From Balanoglossus misakiensis (taxonomy: Eukaryota > Animalia > Hemichordata), in NCBI GenBank assembly GCA_040954595.2, contig CM082583.2, forward strand, positions 3,481,060 to 3,545,059: a DNA stretch of 64,000 nucleotides, written 5' to 3'. The translations under genes were made by a program, and so were the position numbers. Of the stretch, positions 52,758-64,000 are shown piece after piece (the first letter of the stretch is position 1; each line of letters starts with the position of its first letter). Below the pieces are notes generated by a model that had not been told where the DNA came from, did not search any database, and worked only from the letters and a program-made list of their open reading frames with translations.

Positions 52758-53624
52758 TGATCATGCCCCCGCCGATTCCACCAGCGCCACCCTTGTCACC
52801 AACACCACTCCCACCACGCCCAGCCGCTGATATTACACCACCGTTCCAAACTACACTACAGCCGGCAGTACAGCCGATTCTCACGTCTCCGCAGACAGCG
52901 GGGATGATTGAGACTTCTCCGCCTCCACTATGGTTCCCTCCTATCACCGGGGATGTTCTCATGCCAGAATCATATATAGACCGGTGTAAGGTCGTAAGTT
53001 GCTCTATAGGCAACTTTGTTTATGGTTTATTCGCCGAGTGAACGCGCCGGACGTACTTGCACAGGGCGTGTGTTTGGGGGTACCAAACAGAAATTGAAGT
53101 TAAGTCCCAGAAGGCTTAAGAAAGTTGAAGGAGCAACTTTCCGAAAATATTTTAGAAATAATGGACGACGCCCTGACCATTAACGTTTGTTAATGGGCAA
53201 GGGCGAGGGGAAAGCCAAAAATTCATGGGCGAGGTCCGAGCCCATGAATTTTGGCTTTCCTCGAGCCCGCGCCCATAAACAAACGTTTATGGTCAGGGCG
53301 GAGTCGGTTATTTCCATTATATTACCAAAAAAATCAAGAAAACCGTCAAAATTTACGAAAATGTCCCACTAGGGGCCCCGGAACTTGTGTTACGCAAAAT
53401 GTTGTATTCACTGAACTGTTTGCTAATATTACTATTCAGATTTACGGGCATGTAAACAAACCATTACTGAGTATTTGTGGTCAGTGACGTCGTTCATCTC
53501 GACCAATTAAAATGCGACGCACAGGCCATGGTAATAATAATCCCACGATTTTCCGCGATCCGCCGAGCGCGACGTGTGGTCAAAACAGTACATCAAGGCA
53601 ATCGATAAAGCTCTCCGCCGTTGA
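52758..53624 (+). pseudogene. Pro-rich + BEN-domain protein, frameshifted and interrupted by palindromic element C
   Basis: MIMPPPIPP...SCSIGNFVYGL / (frameshift) SPSERAGRTCTGRVFGGTKQKLKLSPRRLKKVEGATFRKY (to 53150) [insert 53151-53541] ...AERDVWSKQYIKAIDKALRR* (stop 53622-53624). Matches the BEN pattern NF...LF..E...C.G....K..L.P.RL..V....F..Y...W...AID...R. AATAAA at 53752. Confidence 0.7.
53151..53541 (+). mobile_element. Palindrome-plus-tail non-autonomous element C (possibly Crypton type)
   Basis: Palindrome 53155-53314 centred on ATGGGC-GA-GGTCC-GA-GCCCAT; tail bounded by ATTATATTACCA / TGGTAATAATAAT; ends defined by the interrupted BEN coding sequence. Confidence 0.8.
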
Positions 53625-54762
53625 TGTTTTTTTTTTTGGGGGGGGGGAGGCTTTATCAGCATGTTTGTCGGATTGTCATTCTCTCGTTCAGAAAGGAAAT
53701 GTTCCCTTGCATTTGTACAACTAATGTAATGTAATTGTGTTTTAAATGCTTAATAAAGAAAACTAACACTGACAACGGACACATTTTGTTCGTAGTGAAT
53801 TAAACGCCCCTCCCTGAATGCCTAGTCTGAAGTAAAACTTATGTTGAGAAGGAGAGTTGTACATTGATTAACGTTTTCAACGGTGTAGTACCGGTGTAGC
53901 AACGATCCAGATACGACTCCGACGGGAAAAAATATTTGAGAATGCTTTTCGCCTGTGCTGCGCCGGTGTTAATTTTCGACAGCGATGACGGGTGGTTCAG
54001 ATCCAGACCGAAGCAAATATACAGTGAGAACGCAAAGCACAACCCTGTGGTGACTTTTGATTATGTTTATCTAGGTAACCTATTGTCTTGGGTCAGTTTC
54101 CATTGTTGAGTCAATCTAACTGGACGCGAGTGGTTTTCTAGCCACTCGCGGTTAGCCGGGTCTGCAACACATCTGTCTGCAACCAACTTTAGGTTCTTTC
54201 GATCGCCGAAAAGACGAGGCGTTTTCGATTTGTGGATTAACATCCAGTACTTCTAAACGATATCAAAACGGTCATGAAGAAGACGACAAAGTCGTCCAGA
54301 ACGCATATCCAGGTATAGAAACTGAGATATGTTGCAATTACATGTCCTCGACGTCCTCAATTTTTGTTAGTTGCCGTGTTCCTAAACATTGCCATTTAGA
54401 CGGCGTTGATCTCAAAACAATGTCCGTTTAGTGTGTGGACGCACACAGTCACAGATTCTGAGGGCTAATCCCCTGTTAGCAAGAAACAGGAAGTGCTACG
54501 ATATTCGTCATTTTTAAGTTGCTGCAATTGATCTGTAGTTTGTGTATGCTTTACATGTATGCATCTGTGATAAAATACAACATGTTACAAATGAACATAA
54601 ATGACTACATGTACATAGTGTTTTGAACCACTAGCATTCTTTTATCTGAATTGGAGGTTGCGCAACAAGACTAGAAAAAAACAGATATGCCATGGGATCA
54701 ATCAAACGTGTTTGGGGTTCAAACCGACCTGCTTCCTTGCTGGTAAGCAACCGGTGCGCCAG

Positions 54763-54994
54763 TAGACTAGCCCACTAGTCGCTTGGTGATTTTTAAATCT
54801 AAATAGTTAAGGTGTTTTCGATGGTTTTTTTGTCTTAATAAATAATTTCAATACTTTTTGCGTGCATGCTTGCCTTGAGCGTGTTTTTGGTAGTGAGGTG
54901 AGTTTCGAATTTGGGACTGAGCTTGTGGTTTTGGGTAGCGTGGGTCTACGCGTTCCCTACACATAATGAAGCCCATAGACTTGGAGCAAGTCTA
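54763..54994 (+). mobile_element. MITE family F copy 2 (AcademH-like), nested in the CACTA element
   Basis: TAGACT...AGTCTA termini; perfect 9-bp TSD GTGCGCCAG at 54754-54762 and 54995-55003. Confidence 0.9.
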
Positions 54995-57900
54995 GTGCGC
55001 CAGGTAAACAAGCGCGCTTCCTGTGACCTGGCTGGCCATGCAAGCCAGGTAGCTCATGAATATTCAGAATGCAAGCCTGGCGCGCTCAGCAAGCACGCTC
55101 ACCGGGCCTGGCGAGCCAGGCGAGCCACCTGGCTTGCTGCGTTCAGGAGCAGGCGCGCCAGGTAGAACAGGACATTCAGTCTGTAGTGTACCCGGTACTA
55201 GTAATTTCCTCACATTGTCTCTGTCTCCATTTCTTCATGTCTCTGTCATCCACGCCGTCTTTGTCTCTACGTGTGTCTCTGCATGTCTATGGGACGACCG
55301 CAATCTTTCAATCGGTCTGTCCACGATATGCCCACTTACATCCGGGAATAACGTAGTTGTCTGGGAGGCGCTGCTGACTTATATCTGCCTATAGTTGTGA
55401 GTTAGCAGTCATGCAGTCGTTTGTGGCATTAACGGAACCCTCTATACTCAATGATTTACTGTGATGTAATTGGATTATGTGTTATATATAATGCAAGGGT
55501 CTTGAGAGGAAAACAAAGCACTTAAATTCGACCTTGTCAAGTAATGGCATTTGAAGTGCCTCCTTTATTTCGCTCGTGGTATACTCTCTCTTTGAAAGCG
55601 GCGATTTACTCCCATAATTCAATCCACGAGATAGCTGGCTCCTCGGGTTTTTCCGTCTATCCCTTAAGTGAACGATCGAATTTGGCGAGTATCGCCAGAA
55701 ATACACAATTACATAAGGTTTCAGCCATCTGCGGTTGTGCTGTATCAACCTTTGAATCAAAATTCCCCAAATCCTTAAATTTATAATTCAGACAATTGCC
55801 CGTTCTAATAAATGAAAGCATATACCGAAGTAATGTGAATAGAAACTTTCATAATATTGCGGAATTATTTTGAATTGAACTTTGCTGAAAAAGGTGTACC
55901 AGCCCCTTCCTGTACCTGTTCGGGTGAAAGATGCTGAACCAATTAAGGCAGCGAACACTAGGTTGCTCATAAATGTAAAAGAAATATCAAAATAAAAATC
56001 CAAATATGATCAAGCCTTGCTTTAAAGTAGATCACTAGAGACTTAGGATATAACACTGTAAATATCAGACAGCATAGTTATCTCTAGCAATTAATATATT
56101 ATAGTAAACTTGTAGGTATACGATCTTTTGTGAGAGCTCTATCTGTCAATTCTGAGGGGTCTTGCGATCTGGATCTGTGTAGCGGAGACGTCACGGACAG
56201 ACGGCTTGGCTTACACGCCGAGGACCTGTTCCCGTTGAGGACATGAAATTACTATAAAATCATTGGCTTTTTATGACATGAATACAATATGGTCCTTACA
56301 TGCAAGAAATCTTCTTGTAGCACGCGATACTGCATAGAAATAAATTTAGGTATCTCATGGGCAATCCTAGTGTACAACATTTCTAATCTCAAAACCTTTA
56401 TTTATGATAACGATAAATCACTCGAAAAGGGAATTTCCGACTCGAAGGGAAATTTCATACACATTGGCATTTGTAGAGCTCGCTGGGAACAGATGCAGAC
56501 AACACCCACGCACCTATTAAAGGGTGCATCTATTGAAACGCTGACTATCAGTTATCACGAGAATCTAGCCACATGTTCTACTTGTATGGTAGGTTATGAA
56601 TGTGTCGGTTCTTATCAGTTTTTGGTACATTAATGAAATCCCCAGTCAGAATTTCCGTATTTTCAAAGCGCGTTGACGCAGACATTTGTTCGTTGTCAAG
56701 GTTATAACCTTCCCCTGAAATCGTCGATTTTATCAGTTCTGGCTTGAAGAATTGTACTGCAATAGTATACAAAGCTAGTGATTTGTCTTATACTTTGTCC
56801 GATAAAAACACATTAAAACATATCACAGACCACCACGGATTGTCGCAAAAGTTCAACAAATGATATTTCTCGTTTTGATTAAAATATGATCTCCCCTTAA
56901 CTCCGAACGAAACGACAACATTATTGTTATTGGTCACAGTGTCACAATGCTCCTGTTATTCTCTACTTTTCTTTGGAAGTTTGGAGTTAATTAACGTCTA
57001 ATTTGCACATCAGTACTCGTACCAGAAAATCTAGAGTCACTGCATTGAGTTTTATGAAACTTGTTAAGGACACTGAACTCAAATAGATTACACTCTGAAA
57101 AAGAGTAATTTAAACTATACATGTATATAAAAATCTGGACAATGACAATATTCTAATTTTTTGAATAAACAACACTTTTCTTGCGAAAACATGCTTATTT
57201 CCATACATCACGATTATTTGCAATAATAGCAATATAAATCAAAAGTTTTACATGAAAGCTGGCCACAAGAGGATAGTCATCTAACAGTGCATTTGCATAT
57301 TTAGTCGGCTTCGAACTCGGAGATATTTCATTGTACTTTGCACAATTATTGCGCTAAAATTTGTTAGAACTTGCCGACCAGAATGTACAGCCCCAGTACC
57401 GGTTTATTAAACAAATTATAACGACCAGCATCGGAGGACGGCGGGCTAATTGAGTACACGTCTGCAGCTTGTTAGGTATACACCCTGCGGATACAAAGTG
57501 ACTATAGGCTGGCGAACGAAGACTCAAGACGCTATCTGATGAAAAGTCATGCATTTGAGACGGTTCAATACCCCACAGAGCAAATTCTAGACGATGCTGC
57601 TGACGATACGACACTGATTTGTTAGTTTCATTAAAGCACTATGGCGTCTGCTGAAAGACGAGAGCAGCCTTGGCCTCATTAACATAGATAGGATTCACCG
57701 TGCTACTTGGTTTCCATCGCAACGAATCGAACAGGAAATATCACAGGATGTTAACATCGGCGTAGTTACAAAGCAACTATAAAGCTTGACCATATAAGTA
57801 TGCCCTTCTACGTATGGCATTTACCAAAAAGGCTTTTTAATATCAACGTTATCTGCAGATTCACAGCAAAGCATTAGTGTGCACAGTCTACTAATCTCCT

Positions 57901-58775
57901 CCAGTGACGACTATTTTCTTGAAACAAAAACAGAACCTAGCAGAACTTCACTGAGAATTTAATTGTACGGCGCGTAAAATGCATTACCGCGTGGTAAGCA
58001 TAAAAAGTAGGTGCATTCGTACATTGGTGTTCTTTAAATAATTCATACACGTTTTAAAACGCAAATCTTGAATTTAGACATTTGGAGTTATCATGTTGCT
58101 AATCATGGATATCTGGCAAACATTGACTTTTCGACTTCCAGCAAGGTTTTGTATATGAAAGATTGAATGGTGTAAGAAGTTTAGGGTATCGCAGGTGCCT
58201 CTAATGTTCTTACCCAATGCAACCCCGGTCGGGATTTTGAATGTCCTTTTGGGGATGACAAGCTAAATCACCTACCATCAACAACCACCAGAGCTGTGCA
58301 AAATGAAAATAACGTTTCGATTTCGGAGACTCGGTTGGTTCTAACTAAGTCAGTACAATCTGGTCAGTACAAGCTTTATTGGTACAACAGTGTTGAAACA
58401 AGACATGTCAAATTAATCGGAAGGTAACTAACAACACGAAAAAGTCAAAAAATCAAGTAGAACGGTGAAATTTTATTTTCATGCTATTTCGAAGATCGTA
58501 TTATAATCACAAAATAGTTCCAGTATTTTTATAATATAATTATATTTACTACAATAACAATCCGATCGATGAATCGGATAAACATGAAGAGCACTATAGT
58601 CTGTGAATAATAAAAACGGTTCAACTTTTGATGCCTCAGTTCATAGATTATAAAATTCGAATCCATGATCATTTCTACAGTAGACATCCTTCACATCGAG
58701 TCTCCGATTTACATAGGTTAATCGAACACACTATCACAAAAAACACTGAATATAAATTGTGATAAGTAGGCATAA

Positions 58776-58974
58776 AGGTATACAGTCACCTCCAATTTAC
58801 ATACAGTGGGGTACATTCAGCCCATATATGGCAGAAATGGTGTATTTGAGCGCTCTAAAGAACATATGGTAGCGCTCTTTTTTCGCGTGTGCGACCCACT
58901 GAAAATCAGTGATTGGCTAGATCTCAATTTGTCATGGTAACTATAGCTAATTTTCAATAGGTGACCGTATACCT
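58776..58974. mobile_element. Kolobok-like MITE
   Basis: TIR AGGTATACAGTCACCT / AGGTGACCGTATACCT flanked by ATAA / TTAA; a related end fragment lies at ~47063-47082. Confidence 0.7.
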
Positions 58975-60035
58975 TTAAAAGTCGGACAAATATTTTAGCA
59001 ATATTTACTACCTAAAATGTTACCTATACACAAAATAAATGAAAAACCAAATGTTCATTAGTAGCATTCTTTCCTCTTAGTCAAATACTTTCAGTAAAAA
59101 GTAATAATAACCGACCACGCCCATGAACAACGAAAAGGTATTAAGCTTCTGCGATTGGGTTTCCATCAAAAGTCTAACCTTTGACCTCCTGGTTATTTCA
59201 GGTATCCGTGTTGCACTCACTTGGGAATGCGTGGATCTCAGTTTGGCAATCAAGGTGTTAGATGGGAAATGCAGTCGTTCATCAACAAACACAACTACTT
59301 CAGAAACCACTAATACTCATTAAGGATATCTGCAAAGGTGAGTGTAAGGGGAAAGCTGCATGCATTGCGATGCACTTTAATTGCGTTTTCCGGTTCTTGG
59401 ATAATAAACGACACTCGTCCACAGTTGACGACCACGAACTCGTAGGCATGGAAATAATACCTCCATCAGGCAGAACAGACATTAGGGTTTTTATAGACAT
59501 GTGGCATGCGTTTACATTGTTGAACGATTAACGCTTTTCACATACTCAATTTCGAGTCATATTTTACAATAAGAGCAGACAAACGTGCTTATACGTTGCT
59601 ATAGTATTGAATGCAGGCTATGCTTGAATCGCATGCATGAATGCACTATTCTATGATGAATTACTAGCGTCTCATTTTGTCATGACATACACTGTATTTA
59701 GAGCGTGTCAGTACGAATACACAGGAGCTTATGTGTACACAAATGGAAAACCGTAAAATAGTCTGATAAGCATGTATATCAATGCATTTGTGGATTTATA
59801 GGCCGTTTTGTGTCGCTATACATTATCATTGGCATTAATCGTGGGTTCTTGTTTGCTTCTCAAAATGAATATTTTGACGTAAACAGTTCATTTCCCGGTC
59901 GACATGTAATGTATTTATGTTTGCTCAAATTTTATGTTCGGAGCGACACGCTGGTTTATGTCATTTTGTTATATAGCGTCACTTGACCCCATCAGTGCAA
60001 TGCAATAGTAGTTGTATTTCCTTTTCTTTAAAGGG

Positions 60036-60316
60036 ACAACGTCTCTCTCTCTCGCTGCCCTTTTCCCATTATGCTTGATACAAGACACTGTTTATGTTAT
60101 TCTACACGTGGATATATAGTGAATCAACGTACGACCACACACAACTTCTATCAGGTTTGTAGGATATGAGAGCAAAAATCTCGCCCAAATGAATAAATGG
60201 TAATCACTGATTATTCATTTTGGCGAGTTTTTCACTCACATGTCTGCAAGTGGGATGAAAGTTGTGTGTGGTCGAACATTGGTTCACTACATATACACAA
60301 TGGACACTAACATAAA
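60036..60316. mobile_element. Palindromic element family D, copy 2 (core inverted relative to copy 1)
   Basis: Same tail GTCTCTCTCTCTCGCTGCCC...ACAAGACAC and outer arms as 5608-5902; palindrome 60091-60316. Confidence 0.85.
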
Positions 60317-61364
60317 TGGTGTTCACAAATTGACGTGCATACATATACATTGTATAACATTCTCCTTGTACCAAGTTCGAATGAAAGTGGTCCGGGCATG
60401 TCTGAGAAATGGCTGTGAACGTGTACGGGGATGCATGCAAGGACTGGCGGCACGGATGAAATGGAGCCCAATCTAATAGTCCCCGGACTGTGTCCTTGGG
60501 GACTGAGTAGCAGGCATGGTGAACATGTCTGGTTGAACAAATATAAGGAGGAAATCTCGGATTGAAAGAAAAGTCTATTTCTCATGCTTCGACTACCAAT
60601 ATATATTACTTGTTGCGGTAGCCTTAATACTTACACGTGTTCAGAATGTGACAGTAACAACAGGCCTGTTCTTCTGCATTTAAGCCATTGCAACTAGAGC
60701 ATACATCATCTTTTCAAGATGTCGAGAACATTTTCAACCGGAGAAGGCAGTTGGCGATTCGTTAAGTTCTTCTTATAGCCATAGGGATCGGTTACATTGA
60801 ATCACAACTCAGCATGTTGCTTGTGCGAGAAAAACGCATTTGCCTTTGGGGCTTTCTACTGTAAACAGTCGAACGGTAATTTGACGTTCGCGACCCCAGA
60901 GAGAGAGAGGGAAATGTGCCCGGAGATGTAGGATTAATAAGAACGACGAATCCGCAAATTAAATTCTATAGCGAAGATATACACCACACTTGACGACTTT
61001 CTTCACTGCCTGGCAGCTATACAACAAACGAGAATCTGTTTTGATCGAACGTTCCCTGGAGACTAAATTAAGCGCTGCATTGGAACTGACTTGGGAAATG
61101 ATATACTAGTATGTTTTAGGCTTCACAGTGTAAAATACATCAGCCAAGATTTTAATTTAGATGGTCTTTAGACTCTAGAATTTAGCACAATAAATGAGGC
61201 GCATTGATTTTGTGACGTCATGTTGAATTGGAAAATTGGGTTACTATGATGTAAAGGAGATGGATGGATGGATTATACGTCGTGTCACATTTATTGGATA
61301 GTTGGCAATTGAATTTAACATATTTTTTATTAAATGGCTTATTCATTTCTCAGCTAAACGATCT

Positions 61365-61571
61365 TTATACGTAAGATACGCTGATGTCGGTGGTTGCGTG
61401 ACAGTCTATGTGATTTACCGAAATGACAATTTTATTCTGGTCTGGTAGGATGTCCGTCGCGTCGATGATGGTGGTGGGTTGGGGGATTGCGGTGTTATCC
61501 TGTTTCAACTCTATGTTCGAATTCTCTAATTTCTTGTTGTGAATTTTTTGTAGTTCTATGAAGAAGGACAT
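61365..61571 (-). CDS. Candidate single-exon small ORF, 68 aa, unknown function
   Basis: GCCAACATG start context, A/C-rich leader, AATAAA about 35 nt after the stop; no recognisable domain. Confidence 0.3.
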   Translation of the reverse strand: MSFFIELQKIHNKKLENSNIELKQDNTAIPQPTTIIDATDILPDQNKIVISVNHIDCHATTDISVSYV

Positions 61572-64000
61572 GTTGGCGAGATTATGTTATGACAGTTGTT
61601 AAGTTCTGTTAAGTTCTGTTTTCGTAGAAGATTTCCAATCATCGCTGATTTGTGTTCTCAATTCTGGTTCGTATGTCTGTCATATACATATATTGAGCTG
61701 ATATTAAGATTGCGGGAGGCATCATCGAGTTTTATTCACGGGTGGGATACGAAGAACATATGAACAATTCTGAGCTCTGGTAATCTGCAGTGTTTTTATG
61801 AAATACTCTAATACGATTATATAATACGACCATACGCCATGGATTTCCTATTTTTTCAGCATTGCCCGTTCTTTTAAAATGCTGTTGCGTCTGCATCTCA
61901 AGCAATTCTATTAAAAGTGCATTTCCCATTAAAGAACAGACCATATGTTAGACAGAACCTATAGCTATGAGCTTGGATCGGCCAGGGCTCCGGCCGTCGT
62001 GGTCTGCATTCCATTCAATGAAGTCAGTTCAGTATTTTACATTTGGAGAACGTACGCGGTCCTGTTGTTTACATGATCAAACCATCTAACATCAAAGAAG
62101 CGACCGTTCCACCGGCAATTCCTGCAGTTTCCGTTCCAGTTCTACCCGATCTCTATCGATGACAGGCATTTTGCAATTACGCGGGAAGATCAGGCTGCTC
62201 GCAGGAGTTGTTTCCGATTCACCACACAACACATTGTCGCCCGAACCGTTCCCATGGCTACGTTTTAAAGGTCAGAGGACACTGACTTTGAGTTACAATG
62301 TCAGATTTTTTCACTTCACCAAGGAGTATTTTTCTGTGGCGTTCTGTCGTGTTACGTTAACATTTCAAATCAACTCCGATATGTCTCTCCACGCGCACCA
62401 GTAAATACAATGTAGGTCCAGACAGCGCGCCACATATATGTATCTATGGAAACAGTAGTATTGCTTCGTCGATTTAGGTAAGGTGTATATCCATGCGACC
62501 TACAGTGTATGTGTCTAATTGAAAATTGATGACATATCAAACTTCCAGATCACCGAGCAATTGAAGAGATTATTTTCCTTTACCAAACATCCATTAATAC
62601 CCAGGGTGATTTCATGCAAACGTAACGTTTGTAATAGACCTTTACATGGCTTTAACGTAAAGGAATTTGAACTGCTCTGTTATACTTGTGGAGGTGTAAT
62701 AGAATCAAATAATACGATATGATATTTCAATACTGACAATCATATCAGCAGAAAAAAACGTAAACCATGAACGCACAGAATTTCTTAGCAAAATGGGATA
62801 TCCAAGACAGCGGACGGATTCAAACTGTGTCTGTGTATGATGTGTCTGCTTGGAATAAATTGATTCAGGGTGTTCTTTAGAAACGTCTAATTAGGACGCT
62901 ATCTTTATGCATCGAACAGATGTCCGTAGCCCAGTCTGCATGTTAACATTCCATGAATTTCAAATTGTGTTAGAGCTATCTCCTACGTGTTACACATGCT
63001 GATAAACACATATACATGTACTGCGCTTGAGATTTGCCAATGCATATCCCCTTTGCACAACGCCAAAGAACCGACTCGGCTAATCGGCTGCCCAGTTCCG
63101 ATTGCATGCCCATAAATCGTGGTTACATTGAACGTAAGTAATGTTTTCAATGCATACCTGGTTTTTAGCACCAAAGGGAATGATACACTTTCGATTTTTT
63201 TTGAGAATTTAATGTTTGCTTTGATGTCAGTAGCGTTTCTGTGTATGGGCATTACTGGAAACGGACGTGACTGTGTCATTCTAGCCTCGCCCTGTCTTAC
63301 CTTACCTTACTTTACATATACACGTGTAGATATTGTTTCAGTCTAGTCTTTCAAAGTCATCTTTCCCCGCATGTGTGTTTCAGAAGCTTGTTTAGTGAAA
63401 CACTTTGGAAATCAGAAAATAACAAGTACGTCAAGGAAAGAACGGATTAGATTTGACGCGTCACTTCACATTACCGGTTTCAGCTAGCTCTACGTCAGCA
63501 ACCCGCCTTTTCTAACACGATGCTATTTACTTAAAGTTCAAACCGTCATCGCAAGTAACCTTTCACCATCTGCTTCGCTTTTGCAGAGCTGATTTGCTTT
63601 TTGTTCCGAGGAGGAAGGTGGACGCAGGCACATTTTTATCTCAGCCTCAGTTGCTCCAGACGACGCCTTCTTTTGCCAATGCCACCATTTGCGAGTAATT
63701 AACCCGTATACATTACTTCGTGTAATACCTGCAGGCACCAGCAACACATGACTGATCTGCATAATCAAGCAAAGGAGTACTACGACACGAACATACACTA
63801 TGGTCAAGTACTACACTGCCGCCGAATTTCCAGCGAGTTAATATTTTAGGCATCGGGATTTGTCTAAATCTACGGAATTGGCGTCAAACACCACTGTGAC
63901 AGCGAACTCGTGGCGGAGCGACTTAACTTTATGATTTGGAGAGATGTAGGTTTTTCGCTAATATCGACATCATGGTCAATATTCCCATGTGAGACAACGT

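Larger units (their letters stand above)
49728..55188. mobile_element. CACTA/EnSpm-type DNA transposon, non-autonomous, 5.46 kb, with cargo
   Basis: Perfect 21-bp TIR CACTACAGACTGAATGTCCTG / CAGGACATTCAGTCTGTAGTG with TA on both sides. GC-rich subterminal repeats (GGGCCC, GCTTGC, GCGCGC, CCTGGC) at ~49750-49940 and ~55000-55165. No transposase recognised. Confidence 0.85.

Noticed and set aside
874-60316. Palindromes as CRISPR repeats, terminators or pre-miRNAs
   Set aside because: Eukaryotic context, no repeat-spacer array, and dispersed-repeat architecture. The GA/GA and GNA features fit DNA hairpins better than miRNA precursors.
63538-63807. Secreted Trp/Lys-rich peptide ORF on the - strand
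   Set aside because: Starts at TTG rather than ATG; no splice or homology support.

Overview
Eukaryotic, AT-rich, intron-rich animal genomic DNA, probably from a marine invertebrate deuterostome (inferred from exon structure, domain repertoire and repeat families, not proven). Two + strand genes could be spliced by hand. (1) A complete Elongator complex protein 1 gene (ELP1/IKBKAP): 24 coding exons, 695-17865, about 1327 aa. (2) A 60-exon, about 4290-aa type I membrane protein (21920-48985). It has a signal peptide, an array of 4 C-type lectin, 12 sushi/CCP and 5 F-type lectin domains with Thr-rich mucin spacers, one EGF domain, about 14 cadherin repeats, a TM helix and a Tyr-rich tail ending in a PxxDY motif. 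One ~3.8 kb module of the lectin array was recently duplicated in tandem. Downstream is a 5.46 kb CACTA/EnSpm-type element carrying a decayed BEN-domain gene. Introns and intergenic DNA hold many small non-autonomous elements. Three unrelated palindromic elements have arm mismatches that are repeatedly tandem GA/GA pairs, suggesting a strand-specific ssDNA hairpin intermediate. Another palindromic family occurs in two flip/flop isomers. Coordinates were read by eye and may be off by a few bases.
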